In this document: positions 53,301 through 64,000 of the stretch, piece after piece | Layout of the letters: every line of letters starts with the position of its first letter | Numbering within the stretch: the stretch's first letter is position 1 | Assembly (NCBI GenBank): GCA_964016885.1 | Contig: OZ024740.1 | Location: 106,330,001 to 106,394,000 of the forward strand | Direction: 5' to 3' | Length of the DNA: 64,000 bases | From: Eledone cirrhosa | Lineage: Eukaryota | Program-made: the position numbers and the translations under genes | The notes under the pieces: model-generated | Database searches by the model: none | What the model saw: the letters and a program-made list of their open reading frames with translations, nothing else | What the model was told of the DNA's origin: nothing

Positions 53301-56300
53301 TGTCCAAGTTAGTGGTTTATAAGATCACTCCTGCTAAATAACAACTACCATCATGTCCAAGGCAGTGGATTATAAAGTCACTCCTGCTAAATAACTACTA
53401 CCATCATGTCCAAGGTAGTGGTTTATAAGGTCACTCCTGCTAAATAACAACTAACATCATGTCCAAGGTAGTGGTTTATAAGGTCACACCTGCTAAATAA
53501 CAACTACCAACATGTCCAAGGCAATGTTTTATAAGGTCACTCCTGCTAAATAACAACTACCATGATGTCCAAGCCAGTGGTTTATAAGGTCACTCCTGCT
53601 AAATAACAACTACCAGTATGTCCAAGGCAGTGGTTTATAAGGTCACTCCTGCTAAATAAAAACTACCAGTATGTCCAAGGCAGTGGTTTATAAGGTCAAT
53701 CCTGCTAAATAACAACTACCATCATGTCCAAGGCAGTGGTTTATAAAGTCACTCCTGCTAAATAACAATTACCATCTTGTCCAAGGTAGTGGTTTATAAG
53801 GTCACTCCTGCTAAATAACAACTACCATCATGTCCAAGGTAGTGGTTTATAAGGTCACACCTGCTAAATAACAACTACCATCATGTCCAAGGTAGTGGTT
53901 TATAAGGTCACTCCTGCTAAATAACAACTACCATCATGTCCAAGGAAGTGGTTTATAAGTTCACTCCTGCTAAATAACAACTACCATCATGTCCAAGGTA
54001 GTGGTTTATAAGGTCAAACCTGCTAAATAACAACTACCATCATGTCCAAGGTAGTGGTTTATAAGGTCACTCCTGCTAAATAACAACTACCATCATGTCC
54101 AAGGCAGTGGTTTATAAAGTCACTCCTGCTAAATAACAATTACCATCATGTCCAAGGTAGTGGTTTATAAGGTCACTCCTGCTAAATAACAACTACCATC
54201 ATGTACAAGGCAGTGGTTTATAAGGTCACTCCTGCTAAATAACAACTACCATGATGTCCAAGGCAGTGGTTTATAAAGTCACTTCTGCTAAATAACAACT
54301 ACCATCATGTCCAAGGCAGTGGTTAATAACGTCACACCTGCTAAATAACAACTACCATAATGTCCAAGGCAGTGGTTTATAAAGTCACTTCTGCTAAATA
54401 ACAACTACCATCATCTCCAAGGCAGTGGTTAATAAGGTCACTCCTGCTAAATAACAACTACCATCATGCCCAAGGTAGTGGTTTATAAAGTCACTCCTGC
54501 TAAATAACAACTACCATCATGTCCAAGGTAGTGGTTTATAAAGTCACACCCGCTAAATAACAACTATCATCATGTCCAAGGTAGTGGTTTATAAGGTCAC
54601 TCCTGCTAAATAACAATTACCATAACGTCCAAGGTAGTGGTTTATAAGGTCACTCCTGCTAAATAACAACTACCATCATGTCCAAGGTAGTGGTTTATAA
54701 GGTCACTCCTGCTAAATAACAACTACCATCATGTACAAGGCAGTGGTTTATAAGGTCACTCCTGCTAAAAAACAACTACCATGATGTCCAAGCCAGTGGT
54801 TTATAAGGTCACACCTGCCAAATAACAACTACCATCATGTCCAAGGCAGCGGTTTATAAAGTCACTTCTGCTAAATAACAACTACCATCATGTCCAAGGC
54901 AGTGGTTTATAAGGTCACTCGTGCTAAATAACAACTACCATCATGTCCAAGGCAGTGGTTTATAAGGTCACTCCTGCTAAATAACAACTACCATCATGTC
55001 CAAGGTAGTGGTTTATAAAGTCACTCCCGCTAAATAACAACTACCATCATGTCCAAGGCAGTGTTTTATAAGGTCACTCCTGCTAAATAACAACTACAAT
55101 CATGCCCAAGGTAGTGGTTTATAAAGTCACTTCTGATAAATAACAACTAACATCATGTCCTAAGGCAGTGGTTTATAAGGTCACTCCTGCTAAATAACAA
55201 CTACCATCATGTCCAAGGCAGTGGTTTATAAGGTCACTCCTGCTAAATAACAACTACCATCATGCCCAAGGTAGTGGTTTATAAAGTCACTCCTACTAAA
55301 TAACAACTACCATCATGTCCAAGGTAGTGGTTTATAAAGTCACTCCCGCTAAATAACAACTGCCATCTTGTCCAAGGTAGTGGTTTATAAGGTTACTCCT
55401 GCTAAATAACGACTACCATCATGTCCAAGGTAGTGGTTTATAAGGTCACTCCTGCTAAATAACAACTACCATCATGTCCAAGGCAGTGTTTTATAAGGTC
55501 ACTCCTGCTAAATAACAACTACCATCATGTCCAAGGCAGTGGTTTATAAGGTCACTCCTGCTAAATAACAACTACCAGTATGTCCAAGGCAGTCGTTTAT
55601 AAGGTCACTCCTGCTAAATAACAACTACCATCATGTCCAAGGCAGTGGTTTATAAAGTCACTCTTGCTAAATAACAATTACCATCATGTCCAAGGTAGTG
55701 GTTTATAAGGTCAATCCTGCTAAATAACAACTACCATCATGTCCAAGTTAGTGGTTTATAAGATCACTCCTGCTAAATAACAACTACCATCATGTCCAAG
55801 GCAGTGGATTATAAAGTCACTCCTGCTAAATAACTACTACCATCATGTCCAAGATAGTGGTTTATAAGGTCACTCCTGCTAAATAACAACTAACATCATG
55901 TCCAAGGTAGTGGTTTATAAGGTCACACCTGCTAAATAACAACTACCAACATGTCCAAGGCAATGTTTTATAAGGTCACTCCTGCTAAATAACAACTACC
56001 ATGATGTCCAAGCCAGTGGTTTATAAGGTCACTCCTGCTAAATAACAACTACCAGTATGTCCAAGGCAGTGGTTTATAAGGTCACTCCTGCTAAATAAAA
56101 ACTACCAGTATGTCCAAGGCAGTGGTTTATAAGTTCAATCCTGCTAAATAACAACTACCATCATGTCCAAGGCAGTGGTTTATAAAGTCACTCGTGCTAA
56201 ATAACAATTACCATCTTGTCCAAGGTAGTGGTTTATAAGGTCACTCCTGCTAAATAACAACTACCATCATGTCCAAGGTAGTGGTTTATAAGGTCACACC

Positions 56301-59300
56301 TGCTAAATAACAACTACCATCATGTCCAAGGTAGTGGTTTATAAGGTCACTCCTGCTAAATAACAACTACCATCATGTCCAAGAAAGTGGTTTATAAGTT
56401 CACTCCTGCTAAATAACAACTACCATCATGTCCAAGGTAGTGGTTTATAAGGTCAATCCTGCTAAATAACAACTACCATCATGTCCAAGGTAGTGGTTTA
56501 TAAGGTCACTCCTGCTAAATAACAACTACCATCATGTCCAAGGCAGTGGTTTATAAAGTCACTCCTGCTAAATAACAATTACCATCATGTCCAAGGTAGT
56601 GGTTTATAAGGTCACTCCTGCTAAATAACAACTACCATCATGTACAAGGCAGTGGTTTATAAGGTCACTCCTGCTAAATAACAACTACCATGATGTCCAA
56701 GGCAGTGGTTTATAAAGTCACTTCTGCTAAATAACAACTACCATCATGTCCAAGGCAGTGGTTAATAAGGTCACTCCTGCTAAATAACAACTACCATCAT
56801 GTCCAAGGCAGTGGTTTATAAGGTCACCCCTGCTAAATAACAACTACCATCATGCCCAAGGTAGTGGTTTATAAAGTCACTCCTGCTGAATAACAACTAC
56901 CATCATGTCCAAGGTAGTGGTTTATAAAGTCACACCCGCTAAATAACAACTACCATCATGTCCAAGGTAGTGGTTTATAAGGTCACTCCTGCTAAATAAC
57001 AATTACCATAACGTCCAAGGTAGTGGTTTATAAGGTCACTCCTGCTAAATAACAACTACCATCATGTCCAAGGTAGTGGTTTATAAGGTCACTCCTGCTA
57101 AATAACAACTACCATCATGTACAAGGCAGTGGTTTATAAGGTCACTCCTGCTAAAAAACAACTACCATGATGTCCAAGCCAGTGGTTTATAAGGTCACAC
57201 CTGCTAAATAACAACTACCATCATGTCCAAGGCAGCGGTTTATAAAGTCACTTCTGCTAAATAACAACTACCATCATGTCCAAGGCAGTGGTTTATAAGG
57301 TCACTCCTGCTAAATAACAACTACCATCATGTCCAAGGCAGTGGTTTATAAGGTCACTCCTGCTAAATAACAACTACCATCATGCCCAAGGTAATGGTTT
57401 ATAAAATCACTCCTGCTAAATAACAACTACCATCATGTCCAAGGTAGTGGTTTATAAAGTCACTCCCGCTAAATAACAACTACCATCATGTCCAAGGTAG
57501 TGGTTTATAAGATCACTCCTGCTAAATAACAACTACCATCATGTCCAAGGCATTTGTTTATAAGGTCACTCCTGCTAAATAACAACTACCATCATGTCCA
57601 AGGTAGTGGTTTATAAGGTCAATCCTGCTAAATAACAACTACCATCATGTCCAAGGTGGTGGTTTATAAGGTCACTCCTGCTAAATAACAACTACCATCA
57701 TGTCCAAGGCAGTGGTTTATAAAGTCACTCCTGCTAAATAACAACTACCATCATGTCCAAGGCAATGTTTTATAAGGTCACTCCTGCTAAATAACAACTA
57801 CCATGATGTCCAAGCCAGTGGTTTATAAGGTCACTCCTGCTAAATAACAACTACCAGTATGTCCAAGGCAGTGGTTTATAAGGTCACTCCTGCTAAATAA
57901 AAACTACCAGTATGTCCAAGGCAGTGGTTTATAAGGTCACTCCTGCTAAATAACAACTACCATCATGTCCAAGGCAGTGGTTTATAAAGTCAATCCTGCT
58001 AAATAACAATTACCATCTTGTCCAAGGTAGTGGTTTATAAGGTCACTCCTGCTAAATAACAACTACCATCATGTCCAAGGTAGTGGTTTATAAAGTCACG
58101 CCTGCTAAATAACAACTACCATCATGTCCAAGGCAGTGGTTTATAAAGTCACACTTGCTAAATAACAACTACCATCATGTCCAAGGTAGTGGTTTATAAG
58201 GTCAGTCCTGCTAAATAACAACTACCATCATGTCCAAGGTAGTGGTTTATAAGATCACTCCTGCTAAATAACAACTACCATCATGTCCAAGGCAGTGGTT
58301 TATAAAGTCACTCCTGCTAAATAACAACTACCATCATGTCCAAGGTAGTGGTTTATAAGGTCAATCCTGCTAAATAACAACTACCATCATGTCCAAGGTA
58401 GTGGTTTATAAGATCACTCCTGCTAAATAACAACTACCATCATGTCCAAGGCAGTTGTTTATAAGGTCACTCCTGCTAAATAACAACTACCATCATGTCC
58501 AAGGTAGTGGTTTATAAGGTCAATCCTGCTAAATAACAACTACCATCATGCCCAAGGTAGTGGTTTATAAAGTAACTCCTGCTAAATAACAACTACCATC
58601 TTGTCCAAGGTAGTGGTTTATAAAGTCACTCCCGCTAAATAACAACTACCATCATGTCCAAGGTAGTGGTTTATAAGGTTACTCCTGCTAAATAACGACT
58701 ACCATCATGTCCAAGGTAGTGGTTTATAAGATCACTCCTGCTAAATAACAACTACCATCATGTCCAAGGCAGTGTTTTATGAGGTCACTCCTGCTAAATA
58801 ACAACTACCATCATGTCCTAGGCAGTGGTTTATAAGGTCACTCCTGCTAAATAACAACTACCAGTATGTCCAAGGCAGTCGTTTATAAGGTCACTCCTGC
58901 TAAATAACAACTACCATCATGTCCAAGGCAGTGGTTTATAAAGTCACTCCTGCTAAATAACAACTACCATCATGTCCAAAGTAGTGGTTTATAAGGTCAC
59001 TCCTGCTAAATAACAATTACCATCATGTCCAAGGTAGTGGTTTATAAGGTCACACCTGCTAAGTAACAACTACCATCATGTCCAAGGCAATGTTTTATAA
59101 GGTCACTCCTGCTAAATAACAACTACCATGATGTCCAAGCCAGTGGTTTATAAGGTCACTCCTGCTAAATTACAACTACCAGTATGTCCAAGGCAGTGGT
59201 TTATAAGGTCACTCCTGCTAAATAAAAACTACCAGTATATCCAAGGCAGTGGTTTATAAGGTCACTCCTGCTAAATAACAACTACCATCATGTCCAAGGC

Positions 59301-62300
59301 AGTGGTTTATAAAGTCACTCCTGCTAAATAACAATTACCATCTTGTCCAAGGTAGTGGTTTATAAGGTCACTCCTGCTAAATAACAACTACCATCATGTC
59401 CAAGGTAGTGGTTTATAAAGTCACGCCTACTAAATAACAACTACCATCATGTCCGAGGCAGTGGTTTATAAAGTCTCTCTTGCTAAATAACAACTACCAT
59501 CATGTCCAAGGTAGTGGTTTATAAGGTCAATCCTGCTAAATAACAACTACCATAACGTCCAAGGTAGTGGTTTATAAGGTCACTCCTGCTAAATAACAAC
59601 TACCATCATGTCCAAGGTAGTGGTTTATAAGGTCACTCCTGCTAAATAACAACTACCATCATGTACAAGGCAGTGGTTTATAAGGTCACTCCTGCTAAAA
59701 AACAACTACCATGATGTCCAAGCCAGTGGTTTATAAGGTCACACCTGCTAAATAACAACTACCATCATGTCCAAGGCAGCGGTTTATAAAGTCACTTCTG
59801 CTAAATAACAACTACCATCATGTCCAAGGCAGTGGTTTATAAGGTCACTCCTGCTAAATAACAACTACCATCATGTCCAAGGCAGTGGTTTATAAGGTCA
59901 CTCCTGCTAAATAACAACTACCATCATGCCCAAGGTAATGGTTTATAAAATCACTCCTGCTAAATAACAACTACCATCATGTCCAAGGTAGTGGTTTATA
60001 AAGTCACTCCCGCTAAATAACAACTACCATCATGTCCAAGGCAATGTTTTATAAGGTCACTCCTGCTAAATAACAACTACCATGATGTCCAAGCCAGTGG
60101 TTTATAAGGTCACTCCTGCTAAATAACAACTACCAGTATGTCCAAGGCAGTGGTTTATAAGGTCACTCCTGCTAAATAAAAACTACCAGTATGTCCAAGG
60201 CAGTGGTTTATAAGGTCACTCCTGCTAAATAACAACTACCATCATGTCCAAGGCAGTGGTTTATAAAGTCACTCCTGCTAAATAACAATTACCATCTTGT
60301 CCAAGGTAGTGGTTTATAAGGTCACTCCTGCTAAATAACAACTACCATCATGTCCAAGGTGGTGGTTTATAAGGTCACTCCTGCTAAATAACAACTACCA
60401 TCATGTCCAAGGTAGTGGTTTATAAGATCACTCCTGCTCAATAACAACTACCATCATGTCCAAGGCAGTGGTTTATAAAGTCACTCCTGCTAAATAACAA
60501 CTACCATCATGTCCAAGGTAGTGGTTTATAAGGTCAGTCCTGCTAAATAACAACTACCATCATGTCCAAGGTAGTGGTTTATAAGATCACTCCTGCTCAA
60601 TAACAACTACCATCATGTCCAAGGCAGTGGTTTATAAAGTCACTCCTGCTAAATAACAACTACCATCATGTCCAAGGTAGTGGTTTATAAGGTCAATCCT
60701 GCTAAATAACAACTACCATCATGTCCAAGGTAGTGGTTTATAAGATCACTCCTGCTAAATAACAACTACCATCATGTCCAAGGCAGTTGTTTATAAGGTC
60801 ACTCCTGCTAAATAACAACTACCATCATGTCCAAGGTAGTGGTTTATAAGGTCAATCCTGCTAAATAACAACTACCATCATGTCCAAGGTGGTGGTTTAT
60901 AAGGTCACTCCTGCTAAATAACAACTACCATCATGTCCAAGGCAGTGGTTTATAAAGTCACTCCTGCTAAATAACAACTACCATCATGTCCAAGGCAGTG
61001 GTTTATAAGGTCACTCCTGCTAAATAACAACTACCATCATCTACAAGGCAGTGGTTTATAAGGTCACTCCTGCTAAATAACAACTATCATGATGTCCAAG
61101 GCAGTGGTTTATAAGGTCACTCCTGCTAAATAACAACTACCATCATGTACAAGGCAGTGGTTTATAAGGTCACTCCTGCTAAATAACAACTACCATCATG
61201 TCCAAGGCAGTGGTTTATAAAGTCACTCCTGCTAAATAACAACTACCATCATGTCCAAGGCAGTGGTTTATAAGGTCACTCCTGCTAAATAACAACTACC
61301 ATCATGTACAAGGCAGTGGTTTATAAGGTCACTCCTGCTAAATAACAACTACCATCATGTCCAAGGCAGTGGTTTATAAGGTTACTCCTGCTAAATAACA
61401 ACTACCATCATGTCCAAGGTAGTGGTGTATAAGGTTACTCCTGCTAAATAACGACTACCATCATGTCCAAGGTAGTGGTTTATAAGATCACTCCTGCTAA
61501 ATAACAACTACCATCATGTCCAAGGCAGTGTTTTATAAGGTCACTCCTGCTAAATAACAACTACCATCATGTCCTAGGCAGTGGTTTATAAGGTCACTCC
61601 TGCTAAATAACAACTACCAGTATATCCAAGGCAGTGGTTTATAAGGTCACTCCTGCTAAATAACAACTACCATCATGTCCAAGGCAGTGGTTTATAAAGT
61701 CACTCCTGCTAAATAACAATTACCATCTTATCCAAGGTAGTGGTTTATAAGGTCACTCCTGCTAAATAACAACTACCATCATGTCCAAGGTAGTGGTTTA
61801 TAAAGTCACGCCTACTAAATAACAACTACCATCATGTCCGAGGCAGTGGTTTATAAAGTCTCTCTTGCTAAATAACAACTACCATCATGTCCAAGGTAGT
61901 GGTTTATAAGGTCAATCCTGCTAAATAACAACTACCATCATGTCCAAGGTAGTGGTTTATAAGATCACTCCTGCTAAATAACAAATACCATCATGTCCAA
62001 GGCAGTGGTTTATAAAGTCACTCCTGCTAAATAAAAACTAACATCATGTCCAAGGTAGTGGTTTATAAGGTCAATCCTGCTAAATAACAACTCCCATCAT
62101 GTCCAAGGCAGTGGTTTATAAAATCTCTCTTGCTAAATAACAACTACCATCATGTTCAAGGTAGTGGTTTATAAGGTCAATCCTGCTAAATAACAACTAC
62201 CATCATGTCCAAGGCAGTGGTTTATAAAGTCACGCCTGCTAAATAACAACTACCATCATGTCCAAGGCAGTGGTTTATAAGGTCACTCCTGCTAAATAAC

Positions 62301-64000
62301 AACTACCATCATGCCCAAGGTAGTGGTTTATAAAGTCACTCCTGCTAAATAACAACTACCATCATGTCCAAGGTAGTGGTTTATAAAGTCACTCCCGCTA
62401 AATAACAACTACCATCTTATCCAAGGTAGTGGTTTATAAGGTTACTTCTGCTAAATAACGACTACCATCATGTCCAAGTTAGTGGTTTATAAGATCACTC
62501 CTGCTAAATAACAACTACCATCATGTCCAAGGCAGTGGTTTATAAAGTCACTCCTGCTAAATAACAACTACCATCATGTCCAAGGTAGTGGTTTATAAGG
62601 TCACTCATGCTAAATAACAACTACCATCATGTCCAAGGTAGTGGTTTATAAGGTCACTCCTGCTAAATAACAACTACCATCATGTCCAAGGCAGTGTTTT
62701 ATAAGGTCACTCCTGCTAAATAACAACTACAATCATGCCCAAGGTAGTGGTTTATAAAGTCACTTCTGCTAAATAACAACTACCATCATGTCCAAGGCAG
62801 TGGTTTATAAGGTCACTCCTGCTAAATAACAACTACCATGATGTCCAAGGCAGTGGTTTATAAGGTCACTCCTGCTAAATAACAACTACCATCATGCCCA
62901 AGGTAGTGGTTTGTAAAGTCACTCCTGCTAAATAACAACTACCATCATGTCCAAGGTAGTGGTTTATAAAGTCACTCCCGCTAAATAACAACTACCATCT
63001 TGTCCAAGGTAGTGGTTTATAAGGTTACTCCTGCTAAATAACGACTACCATCATGTCCAAGATAGTGCTTTATAAGGTCACTCCTGCTAAATAACAACTA
63101 CCATCATGTCCAAGGCAGTGTTTTATAAGGTCACTCCTGCTAAATAACAACTACCATCATGTCCAAGGCAGTTGTTTATAAGGTCACTCCTGCTAAATAA
63201 CAACTACCAGTATGTCCAAGGCAGTCGTTTATAAGGTCACTCCTGCTAAATAACAACTACCATCATGTCCAAGTTAGTGGTTTATAAGATCACTCCTGCA
63301 AAATAACAACTACCATCATGTCCAAGGCAGTGGATTATAAAGTCACTCCTGCTAAATAACAACTACCATCATGTCCAAGGTAGTGGTTTATAAGGTCACT
63401 CCTGCTAAATAACAACTACCATCTTGTCCAAGGTAGTGGTTTATAAAGTCACTCCCGCTAAATAACAACTACCATCTTGTCCAAGGTAGTGGTTTATAAG
63501 GTTACTCCTGCTAAATAACGACTACCATCATGTCCAAGGTAGTGGTTTATAAGATCACTCCTGCTAAATAACAACTACCATCATGTCCAAGGCAGTGTTT
63601 TATAAGGTCACTCCTGCTAAATAACAACTACCATCATGTCCAAGGCATTGGTTTATAAAGTCACTCCTGCTAAATAACAACTACCATCATGTCCAAAGTA
63701 GTGGTTTATAAGGTCACTCCTGCTAAATAACAATTACCATCATGTCCAAGGTAGTGGTTTATAAGGTCACACCTGCTAAGTAACAACTACCATCATGTCC
63801 AAGGCAATGTTTTATAAGGTCACTCCTGCTAAATAACAACTACCATGATGTCCAAGCCAGTGGTTTATAAGGTAACTCCTGCTAAATTACAACTACCAGT
63901 ATGTCCAAGGCAGTGGTTTATAAGGTCACTCCTGCTAAATAAAAACTACCAGTATAACCAAGGCAGTGGTTTATAAGGTCACTCCTGCTAAATAACAACT
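20308..64000. repeat. Satellite B: 53-bp tandem array, ~820 monomers, running off the right edge
   Basis: Monomer ggtcactcctgctaaataacaactaccatcatgtccaagg(t|c)agtggtttataa, with rare 52-bp (catcattcc) and 54-bp (gtcctaagg) variants and no interruptions seen. Confidence 0.98.

Noticed and set aside
1-64000. CRISPR array interpretation of either repeat
   Set aside because: Monomers are contiguous with no unique spacers, there are no cas genes, and the context is eukaryotic retroelements.

Overview
AT-rich eukaryotic heterochromatin-like window with no host gene recognised. The SINE types suggest an octopus/cephalopod or related mollusc (inference from recalled repeat motifs). About 88% is satellite DNA: a 70/71-bp satellite (1-12449, ~177 monomers) and a 53-bp satellite (~20308-64000, ~820 monomers, with kb-scale higher-order duplications). 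The two share a ~30-bp core in opposite orientation. Between them is a ~7.9-kb island of retroelement debris: tRNA-derived SINEs, a decayed L1/Tx1-type LINE ORF2, and a composite insertion next to (TA)n. The composite has three parts: (i) ~1.5 tandem copies of a ~468-bp non-coding unit, each carrying a minus-strand type I hammerhead ribozyme motif (retrozyme-like); (ii) a 5'-truncated Penelope-like (probably Naiad-type) RT + GIY-YIG ORF on the same strand; and (iii) an inverted copy of that element's 3' end and UTR, ending in a different hammerhead. The ribozyme repeat fused to a Penelope-like element is the most notable structure. All calls are by eye, without searches.
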